A DNA stretch of 40,670 nt from Catajapyx aquilonaris (lineage: Eukaryota). Both the position numbers and the translations under genes were made by a program. The notes below the pieces were generated by a model, which was given only the letters and a program-made list of their open reading frames with translations, made no database searches and was not told where the DNA came from. The DNA lies in assembly GCA_000934665.2 (NCBI GenBank), contig JYFJ02004584.1, positions 1 through 40,670 of the forward strand. The letters run 5' to 3'. Positions 1 to 11,311 of the stretch are shown here, piece by piece (position 1 is the stretch's first letter; each line of letters starts with the position of its first letter).

Positions 1-1094
1 GAAAAATCATATTTTGGATAAAGGTAGATGGACTATATAGATTAAGGTGTGCTGAATCCAGATCTGAAGTCAGAATGGCTCTATCACGTACATATTTAGA
101 GAAAACGCAAATTTTGGGAGATACGACACTTAAATCAAGAATTGTTGTTTTTCACAGTTGTCGCAGTGTATATCCAGGACTGCGTAAGGGTTTTCCCCGT
201 AGGACTGCCCGAACCAGTGATATACGTTTTTGTATAAGTGTAAAAGGTACGAGAGGGAGTCGGCCAAGGACAGTCGATTATAATTGTTGAGGTCACAATA
301 TATTCTTGGGCATGTGTCTGAGCAAGTGACAAATGAAATGTTATAAAAATTTATTTTTACATTTTAGAGGAATACTAATTCCATAGGCGCATTGCCCTGG
401 TGTTTCCCTTTCTTTTGATATGGTTTGACCCCTTGCACTAACCGAAAAAAAAATCTCCAAAAAAGGCCTCATTCTCAGCCATTTCCAGATGTTTGCGATT
501 TTCCCCCTCATCACAGTATTGAGCAATATGGCTGAATTTTTATAGGAAGCGTTAAGGAATAGATGAGTACATCTGTGATTATTTTCACCAAGATCCAAGG
601 CGGTCTAGCAACATTTAGGCCCATTTGATTCGGAAAGACCCCTAGTAAACCGTCCAAAGTTTTAAAACGATATATCTGAAAGACTGTACGTGATAGAGCA
701 AATCTGTTGCCGGATTCGAATTCAGCACCCCAAAATCCATATAAAGCACATAAAAGTTTTCAAAAGAGCGAAAGAGAGTGTTTTTTTGCAGAACGGTGTA
801 ATTTTTGAACCTGGGGTTTTGGTCAATATCTCGTCAACGGTGCAAGATATCGCAAAAATAACGACATTTCACCCCCAAAGGACCACAACTTTCCATGTTT
901 AGGCCGGGTAAGTGTACTCGCACACCAAAAAACGAAAAACCGGAAGTTGCGTCACTTACGCCCCTGGCGGAGCCGTAGGATATTAACCCACATGACTCAG
1001 ATTTTTTATCTGTTAAAAGGAACGCCCAACACAACTTTTTTTCACTAGCGAACTACAACTTTCGAAAAAAAGGGTTTTTCGAGCCGCCCTAGTG
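1..1094. mobile_element. Probable right part of a non-autonomous DNA transposon (left end outside window)
   Basis: No credible ORF. Diverged 59-bp internal inverted repeat at 34-92 / 685-743 (both arms contain gtgctgaat...gctctatcacgtaca). Putative terminus ...gagccgccctagtg at 1094 (CACTAGG on the minus strand). The partner TIR is not visible, so the boundary is inferred. Confidence 0.5.
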
Positions 1095-1406
1095 TACAAT
1101 GTTGTTCCATAGGGTCACATACACATTTGTCCAGGTGTTTCCATTTAGTTTAAAAATTTGATTCATGCTATATTCCTTATGGAGAATTATCCTATTTATC
1201 CTATTAATTTCATTAAGATAAAAAAATATGGGTGAACTTTGAATTTAATTTTGCATGATGTCATGGATGCAGAGTTTGTAATAAGGCAGTGATAAGGCAA
1301 AACATTGGAACTTTCTTTTTATTGAGAATAGACAAAAACCCCAAGATAATTAGAGGGGACAGGAGTGATCAGAAAAGTTTCCTGTTTTGTGTTGCAGAAT
1401 TAAGTT

Positions 1407-2874
1407 CTAAGCTTCATCCTCTGAGCTGCTTTCATCCTCAAGGGAGTTGCGTGCACTCTTTTCTGCTTCAGCGTGCATTGCTGCTGGTACCCTCTCATGT
1501 ACCCCCTTGGTGTGCTCTCCAACCCAGCTCAGCTCAAGTTCAAATGACTTGTCCTTCACCTCATCATGGACAGCATACACAATGCGAGCTGCCTCCTTCA
1601 CCAGCTCCTTCAGGCCCATGTTTTCTGGGGTCAGCTTCTCCATCTCTGTACGGGCTGCTTGGCGAGCTTTACCAACTGCAGCTGCTCTGTACCTGAAAAG
1701 AAAATGGAAAATCTGACTTGTCACAAATAAAGCCAGAGCAAATATTTAGGCAAGGCCATCCCGTATTCCTGCATGTCTTTTTGCGAAAAGTAATGTACGG
1801 TAACTCTTCCCCAGATATAACAAGTGTTTATGAGCCGTCAATGTTGATTGATTGAAGGGAAAGTGCTGCTTCACAAACAACACAAATGTTGAGTAGTTCA
1901 GACCAGGGTCCCCTACATGGTTGCCTACCCCACCCTAACCAGGGTATTGTCTTCACGTAGTCCTTATGGGGCGGCCATATTGGATCTAGATTGCATGCTG
2001 CAGGATAGGGAATTGGCAAACGATTCTTTTTTGTTTTTTTCAATTGTTTTTTTTTCACTGCATGTAGCTCCTATGTGATTTAGATCCAATATGACGGAGA
2101 GACAATACCCTGTCTAGGTGGGGGAGGCACTCATGTAGGTGACCCTGGTTCAGACAAGGCAAAGTTCAGACAAGCAAAGGCTTTCTAATACTCCTCTTTC
2201 TTCACAAGCTGTCACTTTAGGTTTAGGGGCTTTGTGGCAGGCACTTTGCTTCCTTTCTCAACCCCTCCCTATTCACCCAAAGTTCACGGGATTAGTCTTC
2301 AGCAAATTGGACCCAGACATGTTTGTGATTTGGCCACCCACCACTCACATTCTCTTCACCACACTCCCACTTCACTCTCACCAACTTATTCTTACCCAGC
2401 AACATATCCAGAGGGCTCGACGGTCATGAGTTGTGGCCCTTCAATGGGATCCCAGCTTCCAAACAAGACAGAGCATCCAAAAGGTCTGGCTGCTGAATAG
2501 AGGGTGTAGGCATGGACATAGGAAGCAAGGCGTTCTGACAGGAATGCAACAGGAATAGGTGACTCATATTCCAGCCTGTAGTTAGAGGCCTCTACCCTGG
2601 CTGTCTCTGCAAGCCTACGAGCATCTGCCAACAATCCTGCCACAGCCATTCCCACATGACGGTCAATTGAGATGATGCGGCGGTTGGCCCCTGCTACGTA
2701 CAGCTTGGAGCCTACCAATTTCTCCACAGCTAGGACCACTCCATCCTTGCCACGGAGGGCAATGGCTGTCCCACTGTTCTCAACAGCCTTTTGGGCATAT
2801 TCTACTTGGAATACACGCCCATCTGGAGAAAACTGAGATGCCGAAAGGTCATAGCCAGTGCCAATCGAGCTCAT
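1407..2874 (-). CDS. PSMA3: Proteasome subunit alpha type-3 (20S alpha7), 254 aa
   Basis: Exons 2874-2396 and 1692-1407, joined by a phase-2 GT-AG intron (GG|gtaag ... ttttcag|G). N-terminus [27 protein letters not shown] is the alpha-subunit signature; [22 protein letters not shown] and an acidic tail follow. An acceptor directly before the ATG (ttccag|gATG) implies a 5'UTR intron. AATAAA on minus at 1318-1323. Confidence 0.97.
1904..2147. mobile_element. hAT-like MITE (244 bp) in the PSMA3 intron
   Basis: Termini cagggtcccctacatg / catgtaggtgaccctg. Further inverted blocks cagggtattgtct/agacaataccctg and catattggatcta/tagatccaatatg. Perfect 8-bp TSD gttcagac at 1896-1903 and 2148-2155. Confidence 0.85.
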
Positions 2875-4035
2875 CCTGGAAAAGGAACAGTTATCATTAA
2901 ATAATAAAGTACAGCTTGTACTGACTACAGAGTAGCGAAATAGCAACCTAATAGTTATGTACGGTACAACGGGAATAATATATTTCAACAATGTCAACAA
3001 TTAAAAGAACTATTGAAGGCCATTAATATCTGTTCAGTACCTGAGGGACTACAAACGTGACACATGTAAGCAGAGTCACTGCAGCCCTGTAAAAGTGTGG
3101 AGCACAGTTCTGAATTTTAATGATTGTCATGTGTAGTGATTTGAGGGCTGTGTTGGAAAAAGGTGACAACCCTATTCTTTGTCATTTTTGACCTAAACAC
3201 TTAGCAACCATATAAAAGACATGACAAACATTTTGGTATACTCCAAGTTCACGTATCATGCACGAGATGGCCACATGGACTAGATCAAAACCAGCATTCC
3301 CTATGATTTGTTAAGAGAATGCAAACTTCAATTCGCTCTCCTGAAAAATTACACTTTTTGTGTGTATCACTTTTTCCACCACACCCCTCATTTGTGCACA
3401 TGCAATATCCAATAAGGCCTAAATAACAAGTCCCTATACAAGATTGGTTGCTAGAAGTCCCTAGCACTTCTCTTTTCCACTAGAAGTAGACTGTAGTTGC
3501 CAGCTCCTCTGACAGTGAGTGCCGAAGAAACCAAGAAGTGAAGGTCTGCCGTGCAACTTACAGAGTGGGGTGGCTGGAGTCAATTTTGTAGCAAGACGTG
3601 GCTGTGTTAACAGACCATTAGGCAACTGCAACATTGATTCACGTGGACACCATAGCCTCCACAGTATATCTCAGATTTGCTACCTACAGTCTCGACCATT
3701 GCCCAACCTCACCCCCACATCCACAACAGTACTGTTGTCAATATCATTGTGCCTTTCTCCCATCAGTGAAACGAGAATTACGCAAGTGGAATGCAGTAAT
3801 TGTAGTATGGTACATTCAGACTTGCAGTTCTCCCATCTTCTGCCATCTAAACCCTTAAACAGTAGTCCTGACATGTAACAAATTTTCCCCTCTCGTAAAG
3901 TCAAAACATGTTCTGATGTCCTTCTCCCTCCTGTGCTCCTCCATTACATGGCGTGATGCCCTCTGCCATGAACTGTGCATTATTCGAGCATGATCTTGCA
4001 AAACGTCAATCGGTCTCTCTCTTCCCTTTTCCTAC

Positions 4036-4220
4036 CGTCGCAATGCAACTAGGATACACACCTGCACCGCTGGTGTTCCACAGATCCGGTCAGGCAGCAG
4101 CAGCAGCGAATAACCCTCTAAGCGAGCCTGAGTAGACGAAATAGCAAGTACTGCCGGCTTTTCCGGATCGAGCCTTCCTCTTTCCGCAGTGAGTCGGGCA
4201 ATTTCAAGCTGCCATCTTGG
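4036..4220. promoter_or_regulatory. Bidirectional promoter PSMA3/RPL17 with TCT (5'TOP) initiator for RPL17
   Basis: Polypyrimidine ccttcctctttcc at 4173-4185, followed by donor gtgagt at 4189 (tiny first exon typical of ribosomal protein genes). YY1-like gccatcttg at about 4211. Candidate minus-strand donor (cg|gtagga) at 4035 for the PSMA3 leader exon. Confidence 0.7.
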
Positions 4221-4814
4221 AACGCAGCCGCCCGTGTTGCCAATGCCGAATCATCCTTCTCGTCAATATCGATTCCGACCTTTTTAATCAACATTATTGG
4301 CTCAGGAATGCCTGAACGTTTTAATGTGGCTGTATGTGTATGTGTTTAGTTCAATCGGATTGAGATGGAGAGAGAAGGGCTCATCTGATAACCCTGCAGC
4401 CGGCAGTGAGACAGTTCCACTTCCGGTTTGGACGCAGGAGGAGGAAGGCTGTTGAGCTGGCCAAGGTAAAAGATGGATTTTGATTATGTTTTAACCGAAA
4501 TCCGGCCTCATCCGGGCCTGGATCTCACCGAGCCAGTCGGGCAACACTCGGGGCTGGATCCCAACACCCTCATCCACAGCGGATTGGCCCCCACTTGAGA
4601 TCTAGAGGCGAGCCCACACGTGGGGGGTGGGAAAAAGTGCCATAGGCAGTTTTAGTGTAAAATTCACATTGTAAAGAAATAGGCCTCTGAGGGTTTACAT
4701 GTTGTTAGTACATGCTTGCGTGTACATCGTATTGACCGTGAATTTGTAGAGAAGAAGAGTGTGTGGCTAATATTCCCATCTCTTTCGCAGGTGTAGAGGG
4801 AGGCATCAGCCAAG

Positions 4815-6127
4815 ATGGTACGTTACTCCAGGGAAGCGGACAACCCAACCAAGAGTTGCAAGTCTCGTGGGAGCAACCTCCGGGTGCACTTCAAGGTGAG
4901 GAGGTGTGACCAGTGTTCATGCCAGAACTAGTAGATTAAACCTCGGTGAATTTTTTTTTTTTGAGCAACCACTTGTTCCTGATTTGCTATTGAATGTGTA
5001 ACAAATCTGTAGAGGGGGACAAGTATCTTGAGCCCACAATCCACAGACAAAATTATTTTGGATGTGGAACTCCCCAGTGAAGAATGTCAATTTAGATCAT
5101 TTTGATATCACATTGGCTCACTGTTGGGCTGAGGGGCTACGCTTTGAGATACTGTGGTAACACACTGACATCTTGCACTCTCAGCATCCTTTTCTCAGGC
5201 TGAAATGCAACAGAAACCTGTGAATGAGTAGGGACATGTAAATGTTGACTCATCTGTGTGCCATTATGTGGCATTTTCCATTGCTGTGTTTTAGACATGA
5301 AAAATTTGAGAGATGAGAAATATCAAGCCAGAAATTCATAGGTACGATCAGCTGTACTTTCCATAAGTACATGACAGAGCTGTTGTAATGTTCATACATG
5401 TAATGAAAAGGAGTATATTTTAAAACTTCAGTGAAGTCAACCCATTATGAGTTAGAGGCACTTGTCCGTTGTATTATTTTCTGTGGGGCTTGAAATTCAT
5501 GATTAGCTGCAAGCAGTGCAATTGGTGAGCCATCAACTTGGTTTTCATGAACCCTTTTGCAGTACAGAGTAATGTGTCATGTCATTTATAATGGCATGGT
5601 GGTTGTGAGAGTGTCAGTATGACTAATGATTACTTTCTGGGACATTTCAGAACACCCGTGAGACAGCAGCTGCTATCCGCAAGATGACCCTACGTCGTGC
5701 AGTCCAGTACCTAAAGAATGTTCTGGCCCACAAAGAGTGTGTCCCATTCAAGCGGTATAATGGAGGGGTTGGCCGTTGTGCCCAAGCCAAGGTTTGGGGC
5801 GTCTCCCAGGGACGTTGGCCAAAGAAGTCAGCAGAATTTGTCCTTCAACTGCTTCGCAATGCGGAGTCTAACGCAGACTACAAGGGGCTGGATGTGGACC
5901 GCCTGGTTGTGGACCACATTCAGGTGAACAGGGCCCCAAAGATGAGGCGCCGCACATACAGGGCCCACGGTAGAATCAACCCATACATGAGCTCGCCATG
6001 CCACGTGGAGCTTATTCTTACGGAGAGGGATGAAGTGGTGCCCAGGGCCACCCAGGCGGAACAGCCTGCTAAGAAGAAGGTCAGCAAGAAGAAGCTGGCG
6101 AGGCAGAAGCTGATGGCCAGGGATTAA
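4815..6127 (+). CDS. RPL17: 60S ribosomal protein L17 (uL22), 185 aa
   Basis: Exons 4815-4895 ([27 protein letters not shown]|gtgag) and 5651-6127 (ttcag|[12 protein letters not shown]...[10 protein letters not shown]...[22 protein letters not shown]). AATAAA at 6161-6166. Confidence 0.98.
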
Positions 6128-6389
6128 GTTACATATGGCATATGGTTGGATATCTTGTGGAATAAAAAACATGTGCTATTGTACTTTGCATTTATGCTGT
6201 CATTATTGGGCATGTCCAGGTCCAGCAACAGGACGAGAGAGTGTTCCCAAGCTCATGAGAGTCAGTCATAATGTGAGCAAAGCCAGTTCTTGAACCTCAT
6301 TCATTTGTCCACTGACTTCTCGTTCATGCTAAGAAGTCTCAATTTGCTTCGAAATTCATATTCTTGTGAGCTTGTGAACATGCCTTCAA

Positions 6390-7249
6390 CCCAGATATCC
6401 CGAGTGTCCCCTACAGGGGACACCTGCACAGTTGTTACATTTTAATTTTTTGCGCAGGTTCTTCTGCCGCTAAAGAGCTGGCAGTAGTCAAGTCTGCTTC
6501 AGTAGAGTCCCAGCTAACGATACAAGTTCAAACCTGCTCAATATTGCTTCAGATTTTTAAGGTACAGGTGTTTGAATTTTAACGCAGGGAATAATGGCTG
6601 CACCGAAGATGATTGGTAATTAATTCTCGAATGTTGATTAGCATTGATTAGCATATTTTTTGTTTGTAATACTTAGAAAACTTATGAATGATTATGTCGA
6701 TGGGGAAATATAGTAATATTTTTTTACTTTCCTTGTCTGAAAGTGGTGTTGAAATCGAGTGTCCCTTCTGGGGAACGCAAGAGGCAAATGCACCCACATT
6801 AGGACAAGTAAAGTGGATTTTGTACGCTTTGTTGAACTGTATTTTAATGAATCCATATAATTAAAACGAGATTGCATGTCAATTGGTTAACATGGTAACC
6901 GTTGCAACAACCCTTGATTGTTGTTGATTGTTACTCAATCACATTCCCTTCTTTGCACGCCCTGTTTCCGTGCTAATGCAATTGACAACAATCAACCACT
7001 GGTGATATTATGAAACTATGGATATTGCTGAATGTCACTCTGGCTATGGTAATGTAATCAGCAACTGTTATAGCCATACTAGGTTACATTTTCCTAGCAT
7101 CCCATCATTATAAGGAAAGGCTATTTTCTCGCAAACAAGCATTCAGAAAAATGTTTTATCTCGATTTTTGTGTTTTGGGAACTAACACGAACTAATAGAC
7201 ACCAAAAAAGTTCAATAATTCAACAAAAACTTTTCCAGGCAGATCTGGG
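6390..7249. mobile_element. piggyBac-like non-autonomous element
   Basis: Ends cccagat...atctggg, flanked by tcaa (left, imperfect) and ttaa (right). Subterminal palindrome gtgtcccctacaggggacac near 6404-6423. No ORF. Confidence 0.55.
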
Positions 7250-7258
7250 TTAAGCATG

Positions 7259-7312
7259 GTGAAGACGCCTAAGTGGACTTCAGGACTGGAATTGGGGTCA
7301 GGCAGGGTGCTC
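7259..7312 (+). mobile_element. Possible tiny remnant of a non-LTR retrotransposon reverse transcriptase
   Basis: ttc agg act gga att ggg gtc agg cag ggt reads FRTGIGVRQG, resembling the GVRQG motif of LINE RTs. Very short match only. Confidence 0.3.
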
Positions 7313-7678
7313 ATACAGCTGAAGGTAAGCGAGGATAACGATACGTAAAGCTGTGTGTAGCTAACCAGTCAGCACTCCCTGAACATGACTGAGCTTCGAC
7401 ACAAACCACTTGCACAGTTGTGAACCAACAACTAGCAAGGCAGTTGACAGAAATTGAAAACGTCAAGTCAGATATGCATGATTGCTAAATAAGTAAATGA
7501 AAACATAAATTATGCTTTAAAATCTTTATTTTCTGGATCCTACAGTATGTACAAATTCATCTTCATACCATCATCCAGGAAGAAGGAAATTGATACTTAT
7601 CTGAAATGTATGCTGCAGTAATGTTCATGCCTGTGGAGAAAGGCTTCAGGTTCTGTTCTAATCGTATTTATTTACATT

Positions 7679-8126
7679 TTAATGGATTCGACGCTCTCTG
7701 GATTCACTGTGGCTGAAATGTCTTGGGGAAGCCACAAATGACACAAATTGTAGAACATTAGTCCTCAAAAGTTTAAGCATAAATAAACTCAGCTCTTCGA
7801 CAATGGTAGCATTGTCCTCACCAAAAATTAACTTCCAGTTTTCACGCATGCACGAATTTCTTATGGCTGGAGCCTGACGGTTAGCCTGGACATTTCAGAT
7901 TTCAGCACACATTAGTATCAGTGAAAATTTTGTGGTTGCATGCCCCCACCTTTAAGTTTGGAATGGAATAACCTTTGGAAAGCCCATTTAATGAGATTTC
8001 CAACTCTGTGTGTAACTCGCTCCCTCGTTTTAAGGTGACAGGTTGGGGAAGTGAGAGCTCTTGAGATTTGTTCCAATGCAGATATGAGTTTAATTCTGAA
8101 ACAAATTGTGAATTGAAATTCACCAT
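7679..8126 (-). CDS. Candidate two-exon orphan protein, 127 aa, unknown function
   Basis: aagATGg at 8126. Exon 8126-7950, 64-nt GT-AG intron with ctaat branch-like motif, exon 7885-7679 open in phase 0 to TAA. AATAAA on minus near 7667-7672 and 7525-7530. No homology recognised. Confidence 0.35.
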
Positions 8127-8284
8127 CTTCCTCTTGTTTCTTCTGCAATATAATAGCATAAGACTCCCACGATATGGGAAGTTCTAATATTGTTGTAGGG
8201 CCTATTACGAACTCTTTCATACACAGACTTTAAATTCAAAAAAGTTTTTCAAATTGTTAAAGTGGGCTAAAGCATTTCATGACA

Positions 8285-8287
8285 TTA

Positions 8288-8350
<63 letters not shown>
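8285..8350. repeat. (TTA)n microsatellite
   Basis: About 20 consecutive tta units. Confidence 0.95.
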
Positions 8351-8351
<1 letters not shown>

Positions 8352-8559
8352 TAGGTCCAGCACACTGTACAGGGTTACTCTCTGCCAAAGATGAGTTCAA
8401 TGTGACAGCAGTGAGCATGAGTTAAAGTTTGCTTACATTCCCAGGGGATTGCTAATCCATCAACTTTTCGTAGTTGCCACACTTCAAACCATCAAACTGG
8501 GCAGTGTACCCTTCTGCATATTATAATGCAGTAGGCCAAATTGGTATATCCATGGATGG

Positions 8560-9370
8560 CACAGTGGGCGAAATCGCAAAATTCACGGGCAAAATTAATT
8601 TATGTTTGGATTAGCGTGAACTTAGTGTTTGGGAGTTACTCAAGCACGCGGACGATCGTAGTGACGAAAACGTTGCGACGTTTAACTTAGTCACTACGAT
8701 CACCACGCTGGAGTCGGACGCTCACTTCTCTCCTCGTCTTTCAGTGATGCTCTTCCTATTTTAAATCATTGAAACCACGGATAAATATTGTTGCATGGGA
8801 AAGAGCAAGGTCCCCAAAGGCCAGTTGCTTTCACCAATTTTTAAAATCATATCAAATCAGCTCATTATAATAGCACACCTTCCGAAAGAAATGCTTGTTT
8901 CTCGTAGAGCGCAAAGAAGTGCAAGAAAAGCTCTTAGGCACAGAATGTGACCTATACCAGTATGTTATTCCACTTCAAAAACAGACACACGCGCAGCACT
9001 TTGTAGGTCAAAATTTCATGTGACCTACACTACTTGTTCATATTCGTATTTTCCATCCTTCTCTAACGTGAGCAATAATGGGCATATAATTTACATTATG
9101 ATAAAACCATTCATCAACAGTGAAACTACACATTTTCAATTACTTGATGAAGTAAAAATTAGTTATTGCTTGCCATTTCCAAGAGGGGAAAAGCACCCGC
9201 AAAGTTGATCAACACACTTCTATACTGTCAGGTTGAAATCTAAGCTCCAACACATGCACCACATGTTGCTCTGGTTATTTTTAGATGTCCCCAAGTATGT
9301 TTGGACTGGACATTACAAGGTTGCCAAATTGGAAATTTGACCATGAACTTCGAGATTTTTTTCTACTGTG
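8560..9370. mobile_element. Transib-like non-autonomous element (811 bp)
   Basis: Left end cacagtgggcgaaatcgc; right end reverse-complements to cacagtagaaaaaaatctcg. Flanks gatgg / gattg (5-bp TSD, 1 mismatch). CAC termini and 5-bp TSDs are Transib hallmarks. Confidence 0.6.
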
Positions 9371-10001
9371 GATTGCAATAAAAACTGCCCTTGTAAAGTT
9401 AATGAGATCAGGATCTGAAAAGAAACATTAGGAAGCACAAAAATGGAATAATAAATATCACACACATTTAAAAAGCTCTATTTACGATTAAATGTATTAA
9501 AATACTAAATAAAGATCCATGTTACGCTAGTGAAGTTGTACCAAATAATGTTCATTTATCTTTGGTCCCCCCCTTTTTTTCTCTCTCCCACTGACTGACA
9601 AGGATTAGCAAGACACATTAACATACTGTGAGAGGTACTTTTAAACTATCAAATAGCACAATGGATATTGGGCAGTACTACGGCATAAAAGCAACACTCA
9701 CTTGGCACCAACTCTTACAACAATAATGGATAATCTACAATGAGTTACATCCTGACAAAAAATAAACAGACTCTGAAGGCATTAGACCACTTTGCTTGTA
9801 CACATAATCCAAAATAAATGCAGATTTTCCATTTTTGTTCAGCTTTTAGTAACCATGCTCAAATGAAACTCCCTGAGAGCATCTGAATATTTTCAATATG
9901 AGATCATTCTTTAGCACTAAATTTTATTCCCGGTTTAATGATGCTCTTTGTAAAAAAAAAAGTGTACTTAGGTCATGCACTAAGTGCAAGCTAATGGTTG
10001 G

Positions 10002-11209
10002 TTAAGAGTGTGTGGCAAGAAAAGTGGCTGCTAGTCCTAGTCCAAGTCCTGCAACGAGAAGAGTGCGCCAGATGCGGTTCTCCAGGTCATCTGGAGCTGG
10101 AAAATGTTGGCAAAGTCCCTCCTGGAAAAAAAACCAAAATTAGAAAATCTACCTTCACAATGAACACGGTGCAGATGTGAATTCTTCAATGAATGTGGCA
10201 TGGGTCCAGAGGCCGGCAACGACCTTTGACATTGACTATGTCTATCCTGACAAGTGTGGATAGGAGTAGAAAAATAGACTGAAATGATAGTGCTATAGTG
10301 ATGCTATTGGAAGGGCTTTACTGTAAATGTGTGTAAGTCATTGTCACACTTTATGGCAAGCGAAAGGAGCAAGTAGAAATAACCTATGACATTTGTACCA
10401 GCATGGACACCAGCTAACACCATAAAACCTATTCCACATGGATGTTTTTTTTTTCCCCAGATTGGAATGACACCACTGTATGCAGCTGTGGCTATGCACA
10501 ACAGCTGCATGTGTAGCATATGGACTGAACTAACCCATCCTCCATTTGCTTGCAGGAATGGAATGGCAGCCTCCCCAACATAATGTGCCAGGAAGTATGC
10601 TGGCTCCTCTCTCAGATGGCGCAGCTGCCTTTGTTCAGAGCAGTACATGGCCAGCCTGGCAGCAAATGCATACAAGGCAACCAACCTCCCCCAGGTGACA
10701 CCCCCAACTCCACCGTCAACTCCACCTTCTGCCCCTGCAGCAAACAGCTCCTGAGCTACCCCCCTGAAGGTAGCATATGCCGTGTCCGGCTGGGGTGCCA
10801 GCCTCCGCACCATACCCGTAAAGAGAATGGAATGGCGTTGGAGCAGCTCCGAGACACAACGATGAAGACATGCTCCCACACGGCCATCGGGCGGGGGAAC
10901 TAGACCTAAGCGATTACGCACAATAGCCAGAGCAAGGCTTTCAGCTTCAAGTTCAAGGGTGTGGCGCTCTGTTTGGGTAGAAACGTCCGTAAAGGAGGTC
11001 CTTGGGCACTCTTTCCTGGGCACAGGTCCACTACTTTCCACCTGGGTAGATTCTCCACTGGCTCTAATGCTAGTCTCTTCGGCTTCCTCTTGGGAAGCAA
11101 CACTATGTTCAGACACACGAGGTCCCACCAGTGCACAGCGACTATCCACACAATCCTCAGAGCTGGGTTCAGAATCGCCTGTCCTTGCCCAGCCCATCAC
11201 TCGGTTCAT
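10002..11209 (-). CDS. Multi-domain Bcl-2 family apoptosis regulator (MCL1-like features), about 264 aa
   Basis: Exons 11209-10535 and 10121-10002. BH3-region LHRCVSELLQRHSILFTGMVRRL, BH1 ELF...VTWGRLVALYAF, BH2 FLQANGGW|EGLCQHF split by the family's typical phase-0 intron after GGW, and C-terminal TM IWRTLLVAGLGLGLAATFLATHS. The start could instead be the ATG at 11197. Exon acceptor at 11258. Confidence 0.9.
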
Positions 11210-11311
11210 ACTATGGTTCAGCACAATGTGGTCTTGCTTTGTTCACTTGCACAGCATCTGCAAGAAAATAGGGCCAGTTACTTGTCACATAGTCATTGCA
11301 AATACCTTTTA

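Noticed and set aside
2875..3000. 42-aa N-terminal extension of PSMA3 shown in the ORF track
   Set aside because: Non-ATG start and an intron acceptor immediately before the conserved MSSIGTGY start; the extension is intronic.
5626..5650. atgattactttctgggaca resembles the 5' part of SNORD58, which vertebrate RPL17 introns host
   Set aside because: It overlaps the branch and acceptor of the exon, has no proper C box and leaves no room for a D box. No snoRNA could be supported by eye in RPL17 introns; an Infernal/snoscan run would decide.
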